44,565 nucleotides of DNA from an uncultured Gammaproteobacteria bacterium (lineage in GTDB: Bacteria; Patescibacteriota; Microgenomatia; Levybacterales; GWA1-39-11). Location of the stretch: NCBI GenBank assembly GCA_964589835.1, contig CAZPUU010000001.1, positions 1 through 44,565 of the forward strand, given 5' to 3'. The position numbers and the translations under genes are program-made. Shown here piece after piece: positions 35,340 to 44,516 of the stretch. How positions within the stretch are numbered: position 1 is the stretch's first letter; each line of letters opens with the position of its first letter. The notes beneath the pieces are model-generated. The model made no database searches. It saw only the letters and a program-made list of their open reading frames with translations, and had not been told where the DNA came from.

Positions 35340-36989
35340 TTGAATAAATCTATGAAATTATACGCTTTGGTTCTTGCTATATCGGTTCTTCCCCTGATAC
35401 ACATCTTTACCAACCCCGGCCTGCCTCATACAAGCGACGGATTGATGCACGTAGCAAGATCTGCAGCTTATCTCAATGAGCTTTCCGCAGGACAGTTACC
35501 GGTCAGGTGGGCAAGCCAGTTCAATTATGGCTATGGAACGCCTATATTTAATTTCTTCAACCCCATTCCGTATGCTTTTGGGGCTCTTCTTCTTTCTCTT
35601 GGATTTAACCTAGCAACAATTCTAAAAATTGGATTCGCGATTACCTATCTGTTGGGAGGAATATTTACCCTGCTTTTTGCAAAAACACTCTTTAAGAATA
35701 CTAAAATCGCCTTTCTAGTAACCATGCTCTACCAATTCGCCCCATTCAGGCTGGTTGAAATGCATACAAGAGGTGACATTGGATGTCTTTATTCTTATAT
35801 GCTTTTACCGCTCGTTTTTTACTCAATCATCAAACTTCTCGAGAAATACACCTATCCACGTGTAGCACTCGTCGCAATTTCCATCGCCCTACTTCCTTTA
35901 ACACATAACATCAATGGATTTGTCTATTTTTGCCTGAGTGGTTTATTTGTTCTCTTTATGACACGGGATCTTAAGAAAATAGTTACTGTATATTTTGCAA
36001 TGGGTTTTGGAATATTGCTCACCAGCTCGTTTATATTTCCTGCACTTTTTGAATTGAAATACCTCAATGGCTATATTTTCAGCAAGCATCTTTTCTACAT
36101 GCATTTCCCTCAGCTCTATAAATTATTTTTGCCAAATATCACAAATCTTCCTTCGTTACGAGTAGAAGAAGTTTCTGTTCAAATTGGTCTTTTTCATCTC
36201 ATATCATTTTTTGGGATGGCATATTTTTTGTGGAAAAAGAAAATAATGGGCAAGCATGCAAATTTTTCACTGTTCTTGATTATTGTGTCATTCCTTACCT
36301 TTCTTATCATGACCCCCATCACAAAACCTCTGTGGGAGAATATAGAGCACCTTCGGCAGTTTCAATTCCCTTGGCGGTTCTTGTCTATCTTGATCTTTAC
36401 AACCTCTGTTGCGGGAGGGTTTTTCGTGCAAAATGTACCGGTTGTTCTTAAAAGAAATACCTACATTACAATCGTTATCCTTATTATATTCAGCACGTTT
36501 TTTTACTGGTGGCCATATCAAGGATATCTAAAAATCAATGAGAACTATTACAGAAATTACCCAGGTTCTACCAACTATTTTGCGGAGGTAAATACCATAT
36601 GGATGGAAAAAGAACCACAGAATTACCCAAAGAAAAGAATTGAAGTAATCGGCGGGAAGGCAACACTATCCAATATTTCAATAAAACCGGAAAACCAGTC
36701 TTTTACGGTAACGGCCATCAATGATGTGCAGATTTTGAGTAACACCTACTTTTATCCCGGCTGGAAAGTAACTGCCAATAATCAAAAAGTACCTATTGAA
36801 TTCCAGGACTCCAATCATCGGGGTCTGATAACTTTTCATCTTCCTCAAGGAACCCACAATGTAACCGTTACATATTCTGAAAATAAAATTTCGAAGGTCA
36901 GTAACGTTCTTTCAGTCGTTGCAATTGGAATACTACTTTTTGGTTTTATACCAACTCTCTTAAGAAAAAATGCTAAAAAGAAAAAGTAA
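35340..36989 (+). CDS. COG5617/'PTPS-related'-like polytopic membrane protein (family F)
   Basis: 549 aa from the TTG at 35340. The ATG at 35352 (MKLYALV..., 545 aa) is at least as likely, because the TATAAT at 35332..35337 would place the transcript start downstream of the TTG. Contains LPHTSDGLMHVARSAAYLNELSAGQLPVRWASQFNYGYGTPIFNFFNPIPY, the C-terminal TYFYPGWKVTANNQKVPIEFQDSNHRGLITFHLPQGTHNVTVTYSENKIS, and then a terminal TM. Confidence 0.5.
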   Translation: MNKSMKLYALVLAISVLPLIHIFTNPGLPHTSDGLMHVARSAAYLNELSAGQLPVRWASQFNYGYGTPIFNFFNPIPYAFGALLLSLGFNLATILKIGFAITYLLGGIFTLLFAKTLFKNTKIAFLVTMLYQFAPFRLVEMHTRGDIGCLYSYMLLPLVFYSIIKLLEKYTYPRVALVAISIALLPLTHNINGFVYFCLSGLFVLFMTRDLKKIVTVYFAMGFGILLTSSFIFPALFELKYLNGYIFSKHLFYMHFPQLYKLFLPNITNLPSLRVEEVSVQIGLFHLISFFGMAYFLWKKKIMGKHANFSLFLIIVSFLTFLIMTPITKPLWENIEHLRQFQFPWRFLSILIFTTSVAGGFFVQNVPVVLKRNTYITIVILIIFSTFFYWWPYQGYLKINENYYRNYPGSTNYFAEVNTIWMEKEPQNYPKKRIEVIGGKATLSNISIKPENQSFTVTAINDVQILSNTYFYPGWKVTANNQKVPIEFQDSNHRGLITFHLPQGTHNVTVTYSENKISKVSNVLSVVAIGILLFGFIPTLLRKNAKKKK

Positions 36990-39324
36990 TTGGATCGTCG
37001 TTGCCATATTACTTACAATAATTGGATTTTTTTTCTACCCCACTTTTATAAAAGGTTTTATTCCTTTTCCGGGGGATCTACTCCTGGCGGAATACCAACC
37101 ATGGAGATCGTACTCTTTCGAAGGAATAGCTCCGGGCGGCGTTCCCAACAAAGCTCAATATTTCGACACACTGCGCCAACTATATCCATGGAAAACGTTT
37201 GCAATCGAGACGGTAAAGAGCGGAGAGCTACCGCTGTGGAATCCTCATAATTTTTCAGGCTCACCACTTTTTGCAAATTTTCAGTCAGCACTTCTTTACC
37301 CGCTTAACATTTTTTATCTCTTCTTACCACAAACAATCGGCTGGACAATTCTTATCATATCTCAACCGTTATTAGCCCTTTTCTTCATGTATCTACTTTC
37401 AAGAAAGTTCAGTCTCTCCAAAAAGGCATCCCTTTTCGCATCCATTTCTTATGCCTTCAGCCTGTATATGACCACATTTCTGGAATACAACATCATGGGA
37501 CACTTCATGTATTTGCTCCCGCTCTCAATTCTTGCAATTGAATATATACTTGAGAAAAAAAAATACGGATATCCTCTCCTTGCAGTAATTATCGCCCTTT
37601 CCCTTTTTGCAGGGCATTTGCAATTATTCTCCGGCATATTGGGATATACACTTACTTACGCTATCCTCAGAATTTATCGGGAACACCATCTATCTAAAGT
37701 GTATTTCAAAAAAATTCTTTGGGTAGCACTTTTCATTGTGATTGGCATTGGCATCTCAGGAATTCAATTAATACCCGGGCTTGAATTGCTGAAAAATTCT
37801 GCACGCACGTCCCACAGCGTAGACTTTTTCCTAAAAAGTGCTCTTATCCTACCATCACAGCTTGTCCTTTACCTAATTCCTGACTTGTTCGGCAATCCAG
37901 CTGTTAAAAATTACTTGTTACCGTTTTCGTATCCGTCAAAGGCTTTGTATATCGGCCTTGCTCCTATTCTTTTGGCAACTATTGGTACTTCAATACTTAA
38001 AAAGAACAGACAAATTATGTCAATTGCCATAAGCAGCCTTATTGTTGCATCAATTGTTTTTCTCACACCCGTGTCCTTCGTGATCTACCATCTCAACTTA
38101 CCCATTATTTCATCGAGCAGTCCGAGTAATTTTATTTTTCTCGTTTCGTTTGGACTTAGCATCTTGGCAGGTGCAGGAATCGATTCAATAACAAAAATTT
38201 CATTTAAAAAGTCGTTTGTATTTCTAGGTATAAGCTGGATACTTTTTGCACTGATTTTTGTGACACTACTTGTTATGAAAATTCCTTTTACAAAAAATAA
38301 CTTTATCTTTTCGATGGGGATCTTGTTCGTAATTTGCGTATCAATTTTAGTATCAACTCTTAGAAAAAACTTGTCCAAAATCGGTCTATTAATTATTATC
38401 TTCGTTACAATTCTTGATCTTTTTTACTTTTTCCATAAATTTAACCCGTTCGTTCCAGCTTCATATATCTACCCTCCCACTGAAATTTCTGCCCGACTCA
38501 ATCAATATGGCATTGATAGATCTTGGGGTTATAGCTATGCCGGAATTGCTTCAAATTTTTCAACGCAATTAGGAATCTATTCTCCTGAAGGCTATGACCC
38601 ACTCTACCCGAAAACCTATGCGTCGCTCATGCAGTCTGCAACCGACGGCAAATTGTCTTCAATTTTTACCGATAGTACAAGATCCGATGCCATCATTCCC
38701 AATGGATTTGGACAAACAAACATTATGGATAATTTCTTCCGGATGAAGATACTGCAGATAACGGGCACAAAATATATTGTTGATAAAGTGGAAAATGGGT
38801 CAACAGACGAGACATTTCCCTACGATTCGTTTGAGAAAATTGCTACTGCTAATGATTTCAGTGTTCTGCGCTACAAAAAATCGTTGCCGCGGTATTTCAT
38901 GGCAAACTCTTACATCGTGTACAACAATGACCAACAATTTTCAGATATATTTTACAGCCCTTCATTTAATCCGGCTCAAACAATCCTATTGTCAGAAAAC
39001 CCTGGTGTTAAAAACCTCTCATCAGGAAGTGCTATGCTTACAAATTATTCCCCTTCCGAAATCAGCATCAAAACATCAGCAGAGAGTAATAGTCTCCTAT
39101 TTCTTTCTGACAGCTATTATCCCGGTTGGAAAGCGTATATTGATGGGGAGGAAACAAAAATATTCAAAGCAAATTATGCGTTCCGCGCAATTGTAGTGCC
39201 TAAAGGGACACATACTGTTGAATTTTTATATCAGCCAAAATCAGTTCATTATGGACTGATACTTACAATTGTTAGTATAATTACTTGTATTATCGTTTTC
39301 CCATATGCGAGAAAAAAAAGTTAA
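36970..39324 (+). CDS. YfhO-family GT-C membrane glycosyltransferase (family E)
   Basis: 784 aa. Contains LPLWNPHNFSGSPLFANFQSALLYPLNIFYL, the C-terminal SYYPGWKAYIDGEETKIFKANYAFRAIVVPKGTHTVEFLYQP, and then a terminal TM. Confidence 0.8.
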   Translation: MLKRKSNWIVVAILLTIIGFFFYPTFIKGFIPFPGDLLLAEYQPWRSYSFEGIAPGGVPNKAQYFDTLRQLYPWKTFAIETVKSGELPLWNPHNFSGSPLFANFQSALLYPLNIFYLFLPQTIGWTILIISQPLLALFFMYLLSRKFSLSKKASLFASISYAFSLYMTTFLEYNIMGHFMYLLPLSILAIEYILEKKKYGYPLLAVIIALSLFAGHLQLFSGILGYTLTYAILRIYREHHLSKVYFKKILWVALFIVIGIGISGIQLIPGLELLKNSARTSHSVDFFLKSALILPSQLVLYLIPDLFGNPAVKNYLLPFSYPSKALYIGLAPILLATIGTSILKKNRQIMSIAISSLIVASIVFLTPVSFVIYHLNLPIISSSSPSNFIFLVSFGLSILAGAGIDSITKISFKKSFVFLGISWILFALIFVTLLVMKIPFTKNNFIFSMGILFVICVSILVSTLRKNLSKIGLLIIIFVTILDLFYFFHKFNPFVPASYIYPPTEISARLNQYGIDRSWGYSYAGIASNFSTQLGIYSPEGYDPLYPKTYASLMQSATDGKLSSIFTDSTRSDAIIPNGFGQTNIMDNFFRMKILQITGTKYIVDKVENGSTDETFPYDSFEKIATANDFSVLRYKKSLPRYFMANSYIVYNNDQQFSDIFYSPSFNPAQTILLSENPGVKNLSSGSAMLTNYSPSEISIKTSAESNSLLFLSDSYYPGWKAYIDGEETKIFKANYAFRAIVVPKGTHTVEFLYQPKSVHYGLILTIVSIITCIIVFPYARKKS

Positions 39325-41038
39325 ATTTGTCATTCTTTTGACACTATTTGTGGTAGCATTTGCGCTGAGATTTTATAAACTCGATACAATTCCCAACGGC
39401 TACCGGGAGGACGAAACATCGCTCGGTTATAACGCTTACTCGATTCTTAAAACAGGGCATGACGAACACGGTGCTTTTCTCCCGCAGAATTTCAAGGCTT
39501 TTGGAGAATATAAATTGCCGGGATACATATATGCCTCAGTGCTACCCATAGGAGTCTTCGGCCTAAATCCGTGGGGCATCAGGTTTGCTGCCGCCTTCTC
39601 GGGTTTTTTGACAGTTGTTGTTTGCTATTTTCTGACAAAACTCCTCATATCCTTTATGAATAAAGAGGATCAGTCAAAGCAACAGTTTCTTTCTTATGTA
39701 CCACTCATCTCAACGTTTCTTTTGGCCGTCAACCCGTGGCATCTCCATTTTTCAAGATCCGCTTTTGAAGTAACGCTTGCAAATTTTTTTGTTGTTTGTG
39801 GCGTTTATCTATTCTTAAAACACATCAAGACTCAGAAATTGGTATACGCAGTAGGTGCAATTACTTTATTTGCGGCAACAATTTATACGTATAATATAGG
39901 AAGGCTTTTTGCACCGCTTCTATTTCTCATTTTATTATTCATTTTCAGGAAAAAATTATTAGCTCAAAACAAAACGAATTTTATCGTCTATCTGTCGACT
40001 ACCTTCGTCTGCGCAATACCATTCATTATTGGCGCTATCGGGCGAGGTGGATTTGACTCGACTCTTGGAACACTGATTTTTACCAGTGCAAAAGTACAAG
40101 CCCCGCTACAAGAATTCAGAAGTTATCTGGTCGACTGGCCACCGGTTGTTGCAAAAATTTTATTCAACTCTCTTGCATTAACCGCAATGCAATACATAAC
40201 AAACATTTTTGCACATATAAATCCCTCGTATTTTTTCATTTTCGGCCCTGAAGAAGGAAGTACCAGTTTTGCAAAAATGGGACAGTGGTATCTTTTTGAG
40301 TTACCGCTTGTTATCGCCGGTATCGTGTTTTTATTGAAAAAAAAGTTCAAGGCAACACTTATCATTTTCGGATGGATCGCGGCACTGATCGCAATCAGCA
40401 GCATCACGAGAGAGCCTCCCCAAGCAACCCGCACCTTTTTTCTGACGTACCCGGTGACATTTTGCTCAGCTCTTGGTGCAGCACTCTTCTTAGGGTACTT
40501 AAACAAACAAAGAAATAATTTGAGAATTGTAAGTCTCGTAATATTCGGTTGTATAGTATCCTATTCGTTGATTCTTTACTTAACGTCATATTATGTAAGA
40601 TTTCCGATTTATTATTCGCGGTATTGGAGAACGGCAGACAGGGAAGTAAGCAATTTTATAAAAGATAACAATCAAAAATATGAGAAGTTTATTATTGATA
40701 GTAAATCAGGATTTAATTACACATCCCTTCTTGTATATCTTTCCTATCCCCCGCAAAAATTCATGAAAGAGGCAACGTGGAATCCTGATGATTCAGAAGG
40801 ATTTACTTATCCAACATCATTTGGAAAGTACGAAATAAGAGAAATTGATTGGGGAAAAGACTTGCAAATTCCAAACACACTTCTCGTAACCTCAGTCAAA
40901 ACTAAAATTCCCGATATCGGAATTTTAAAAACAATCACGCTTCCGGAAAGACCGGTCGTATTTAATGTCGGACAAGTAATCACGAGATTTCCTTATAGTG
41001 AACCGGTTTTCTATTTGATAGAAACAGGAGTTAATTAA
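39305..41038 (+). CDS. PMT_2/ArnT-like GT-C membrane glycosyltransferase (family A)
   Basis: 577 aa. Motifs: GYREDETSLGYNAYSILKTGHDEHGAFLP, VNPWHLHFSRSAFEVTLA, INPSYFFIFGPEEG, and tail GFNYTSLLVYLSYPPQKF. Confidence 0.8.
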   Translation: MREKKVKFVILLTLFVVAFALRFYKLDTIPNGYREDETSLGYNAYSILKTGHDEHGAFLPQNFKAFGEYKLPGYIYASVLPIGVFGLNPWGIRFAAAFSGFLTVVVCYFLTKLLISFMNKEDQSKQQFLSYVPLISTFLLAVNPWHLHFSRSAFEVTLANFFVVCGVYLFLKHIKTQKLVYAVGAITLFAATIYTYNIGRLFAPLLFLILLFIFRKKLLAQNKTNFIVYLSTTFVCAIPFIIGAIGRGGFDSTLGTLIFTSAKVQAPLQEFRSYLVDWPPVVAKILFNSLALTAMQYITNIFAHINPSYFFIFGPEEGSTSFAKMGQWYLFELPLVIAGIVFLLKKKFKATLIIFGWIAALIAISSITREPPQATRTFFLTYPVTFCSALGAALFLGYLNKQRNNLRIVSLVIFGCIVSYSLILYLTSYYVRFPIYYSRYWRTADREVSNFIKDNNQKYEKFIIDSKSGFNYTSLLVYLSYPPQKFMKEATWNPDDSEGFTYPTSFGKYEIREIDWGKDLQIPNTLLVTSVKTKIPDIGILKTITLPERPVVFNVGQVITRFPYSEPVFYLIETGVN

Positions 41039-41040
41039 CT
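41029..41040. repeat. 12-bp perfect palindrome AGTTAATTAACT carrying the stop codons of both convergent genes
   Basis: The plus-strand TAA is at 41036..41038 and the minus-strand TAA is the reverse complement of 41031..41033. The sequence reads identically on both strands. Confidence 0.9.
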
Positions 41041-42581
41041 GATTTGACCTGATAGATGGTTAATTGAGTGCTGCCAATCCCCTTCTTATAACTTCTTACC
41101 TCAACTAATCCCAAAGCCTCCGGAGCCTTTCCCGGGTACTCACAGTTTGGACAGGGTTGATAAAAAACAAAATATACAGGCATTTTTTTTGCCATTTCCA
41201 GAAGCTCTTCCGGCAATTTTTCGTTATCTACCGGCCAATACCCTTTTATTGTTATGTTCTTCTTCCCCAGAAAATAAATTTCGTAGGACGATGGTAATAG
41301 ACCAAATGTTCCTTGAGTCGCTACGAATACCGGCCCGTTCTTAGCCTGATCCTCAAAAAATTTGGAACTTTCCGCGATTCCGCCACCCGCCGGCCATCCG
41401 TTAATATATTGCTCCAGGTCAAGACGGGGAATAGGAGCTTTCGGAAAATTGAAAAGGATTGAGTAATCCATATATAGAGGGACTGCAAAAGCACCGATTA
41501 TAATTATTGCTCTTATCCATATTTTTTTAAATTTCGATAGTAACGATACAATTGAAAGAGCAACAAGAGGTATGAGCGGCATAACCATAAAAAATACATA
41601 TCTGGGATATAACGTTTTACCAAAGACACAAAGTCCCAAAAAAGGAAGAATAAACCATAATAATAGAACTATCTTTTCTTTCAAAAATTTCTTCTCAACA
41701 AAAAAAGCATAAAGCGCCAAAAGAATAAATGGCAGAGTGAAATAAATATAAAACCAATTAAACAAACCGTTAAAATTGCCTGAGAAGTTATGTATTTTGT
41801 CGACAAACCTGAATTTCATCCACTCACTGACAGGATAGACGAAAATTGAATTCTTCTCCTCAATGATATGAAAGAATGGTGAAAGTCTTAGGATCGAATA
41901 CATGCCGTACGCAATACATGCCGCAACCCCGGCATAGACAATGAATTTAAGCGTCCGGTTTTTCATGCTTTTCTTAGCTCCCTCCATAAGAAGCAAAAGA
42001 AACGGCATCAGATATATCGACAAAAACCCTATGGATTTCGTAAGAACTGCCCCTCCGAGAACAAACCCCAATACCAAGGAGTGATCAAATCTTAAAGTCC
42101 TGACAAGCCGAATCTGAAAATATAAGGCCCATACAAAAAAAGCAGCTACCAAACTTTCATATATTGCAAGCCTGTCATAAACAAGTGAGAACGGGAACAA
42201 CACAACAATCGATGAAGCGACGAGACCAACAATCCGCGCCTTTTTATTTAGTTGTCCAAAAATTTCCAGACTCAAAAAATACAAACCAACAACTGTCAAA
42301 AAACCTGCGCCTACCGAAACGAGTCTGCCCGAAAGAAGCGGGTCATCGATAATTTTCATGACTATCATGTCCAGCCAAACAAAAGAAGGTTGCTTGCCGT
42401 CAGTTAAAGATATAAATCTCCAATTCGAATCAAATCTCGCGATTTGTGCCCACCGCGTATAGATCGCCTCGTCCGTAAATATAGGGACGGACAGAATTGT
42501 TGCAAGTCTGCTTGCCAGAAAAATGACAATTAATATTGGGAACGCAATAAGTTCAGGCAAAAGCTTCTTTATATATTTCAT
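41031..42581 (-). CDS. ArnT/PMT_2-type (GT83/GT39-like) GT-C membrane glycosyltransferase with a C-terminal soluble domain containing CPNC
   Basis: 516 aa. The first-loop motif IFTDEAIYTRWAQI is followed by TDGKQPSFVW and multiple TM segments. The non-hydrophobic tail runs ...VYFVFYQPCPNCEYPGK.... Confidence 0.7.
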   Translation of the reverse strand: MKYIKKLLPELIAFPILIVIFLASRLATILSVPIFTDEAIYTRWAQIARFDSNWRFISLTDGKQPSFVWLDMIVMKIIDDPLLSGRLVSVGAGFLTVVGLYFLSLEIFGQLNKKARIVGLVASSIVVLFPFSLVYDRLAIYESLVAAFFVWALYFQIRLVRTLRFDHSLVLGFVLGGAVLTKSIGFLSIYLMPFLLLLMEGAKKSMKNRTLKFIVYAGVAACIAYGMYSILRLSPFFHIIEEKNSIFVYPVSEWMKFRFVDKIHNFSGNFNGLFNWFYIYFTLPFILLALYAFFVEKKFLKEKIVLLLWFILPFLGLCVFGKTLYPRYVFFMVMPLIPLVALSIVSLLSKFKKIWIRAIIIIGAFAVPLYMDYSILFNFPKAPIPRLDLEQYINGWPAGGGIAESSKFFEDQAKNGPVFVATQGTFGLLPSSYEIYFLGKKNITIKGYWPVDNEKLPEELLEMAKKMPVYFVFYQPCPNCEYPGKAPEALGLVEVRSYKKGIGSTQLTIYQVKSVN

Positions 42582-42601
42582 TTGTATATTGTAACAAAAA
42601 G

Positions 42602-43759
42602 TTACTTTTTTACCTTTCTCCAGAAAGGTAAAAAGCCGACCACTAAAAACAGGGAAAGAATTGTGGCGCCAAGAACTAGGTTATTTAAAAATGTCGGAAT
42701 TGGTTCGTTCCACGACCCCTCGTGTAAATAAGGTATGTAATATATGATGTTGGTAATAGAAAAAATGAAAAGTGGATAACGGACAATTTGTTTTTCAATC
42801 ATAAGCACTGCGAAAGGCACCACGTACAATAAATACCAAGGCTGGAAATTTGTCCGAAGTGCTGCCAAAATAACGCCTACAATCATCAAAATAATTGATA
42901 AACCGATGAAATATTTTGTTTTTGATAGGCCAAGAAGAATAAAATAACCGATGATAAAAAGCGCTGTTACAAATTTTATACCGATAGATAAAACGTAAAG
43001 AACACTCCCCTTCACCCTTTCTTTTCTCAAAATATAGTACGTACCAAGCATCGCCATGCCCATCATAACTATATCGTTATGGGCAGAAACCAGACTTTCT
43101 GTAAACACAAAAGGATTAAGCGCAAAGGCTGCAATAGGCAGAAGCGTATTTTTCAATTTAAGAATATGCGCAATCTTTCCGATGGACCATGCTGTTATCA
43201 AGAAAAACCCCGCCATCAAGAACTTGAACAGGAAAAAAGTAAGAAGAAAGAAGTTGTTGCCGATAAATGTTAACGGCACTGTTAACACAAGCCAAAATGG
43301 ACCATACGGATACGTTCTGTGCGTCCAGTGCATAAATGAAAGCATCGGATCACCCGGATAATCGAGTGCCTTATGAAAATATGGATTCTGGTGATAAAAA
43401 GATATTATCCTTGCGTCAAAAATGTAATTAAAAATATCTCTTGAAAAGGCAGTGTAGGAAAATGCAAGAATAACCGTTGCGATGATAATTATGCGCCATA
43501 TTAATGTAGAAGAAATTGCACTTTTAGAAATCAGCCGGAGGGTCAAAAAGTAGAGAGAGAAAAGAAAAACAAATACTCCTATGTACAAATATGTAGAGAG
43601 CGGTCTATTGAACCACCCTATATATTGGAATCCTTTTTCGATTGTTTGAATAATTGAAGCCCTGGAAAGAGTGAGGGAGAGATCAACTTGTGTGTAAGAA
43701 TAGAGAAACAGTAGAAAAAAGGCACTCACCCATAAAGGCAATAGAAGTTTTTTCATCAT
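42602..43759 (-). CDS. GT87/DUF2029-like polytopic membrane glycosyltransferase candidate (family D)
   Basis: Contains SRDIFNYIFDARIISFYHQNPYFHKALDYPGDPMLSFMHWTHRTYPYGPFWL and ALNPFVFTESLVSAHNDIVMMG. Preferred start is the ATG at 43759 (MMKKLLLPLW, 385 aa), 1 nt after the upstream stop and with AGGAAGG 10 nt upstream. The track start at 43810 would overlap the upstream gene by 50 nt. Confidence 0.55.
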   Translation of the reverse strand: MMKKLLLPLWVSAFFLLFLYSYTQVDLSLTLSRASIIQTIEKGFQYIGWFNRPLSTYLYIGVFVFLFSLYFLTLRLISKSAISSTLIWRIIIIATVILAFSYTAFSRDIFNYIFDARIISFYHQNPYFHKALDYPGDPMLSFMHWTHRTYPYGPFWLVLTVPLTFIGNNFFLLTFFLFKFLMAGFFLITAWSIGKIAHILKLKNTLLPIAAFALNPFVFTESLVSAHNDIVMMGMAMLGTYYILRKERVKGSVLYVLSIGIKFVTALFIIGYFILLGLSKTKYFIGLSIILMIVGVILAALRTNFQPWYLLYVVPFAVLMIEKQIVRYPLFIFSITNIIYYIPYLHEGSWNEPIPTFLNNLVLGATILSLFLVVGFLPFWRKVKK

Positions 43760-43760
43760 A

Positions 43761-44516
43761 CTAATTATACCTTCCTGAAGTGATGTTTCGTCGGATTTTA
43801 AACAACTCAAAAAACCCCTCGACCGAATCCTTGAAAGGTGACACTCTTCTGGTCTCTACATACAACCAGTCGACAGGAACTTCCTTAATCTTGTAACCCA
43901 TATTTTTTGCAACAAATAGCAACTCTATATCAAATCCAGCAGTAACAGAAGATCCGTGAATCGATTTGAATCCGTGGTGGCTATCTTTAACCTTTTCAAA
44001 AATATCTTTCGCCGCCTTTTTTGTAAACAATTTAAATCCGCACTGGGTATCCTTTATTTCCCCAAGACCAACTATTGCCGAGCGTAATACCATCATCCCC
44101 TTTGCCATGATTTTTCGGGTCAGAGGCGCTCCCTGTCTGTTTGAATTCCTCGAACCGATCACTACATCATATCCCTTCTTTATATAAGGAAGCAGCTCTT
44201 CAAGCTCCTCGATAGGTGTTGCTTGATCCATATCCGTAAACAAAATGTTTTCTCCTACTGCCTGTAACATGCCGGTTGTTACCGCCCCAGCTTTACCCGA
44301 ATGAGAATTCTCGATCACCCTGAAATTTTTTTCATCACTTACAAATTTTTGTACAAATTCAAGCCCGCCATCGGAAGAGCCATCGTCAACTATTATCACT
44401 TCGTAGGAAAATTTCTGTTTGTCTAAATAATTTTTGACCTTGGAAAGAATTCCCTTCCTGAGATTTCCCATTTCGTTATATGAAGGTATAACAACAGATA
44501 AAAAGATCGATGTCAT
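43761..44516 (-). CDS. GT2, DPM1/ALG5-type polyprenyl-phosphate-sugar synthase-like
   Basis: 251 aa. Motifs: LSVVIPSYNE, IVDDGSSDGG, SGKAGAVTTG, FTDMDQATP, IGSR, TQCGFKLF. No TM segment. Confidence 0.7.
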   Translation of the reverse strand: MTSIFLSVVIPSYNEMGNLRKGILSKVKNYLDKQKFSYEVIIVDDGSSDGGLEFVQKFVSDEKNFRVIENSHSGKAGAVTTGMLQAVGENILFTDMDQATPIEELEELLPYIKKGYDVVIGSRNSNRQGAPLTRKIMAKGMMVLRSAIVGLGEIKDTQCGFKLFTKKAAKDIFEKVKDSHHGFKSIHGSSVTAGFDIELLFVAKNMGYKIKEVPVDWLYVETRRVSPFKDSVEGFFELFKIRRNITSGRYN

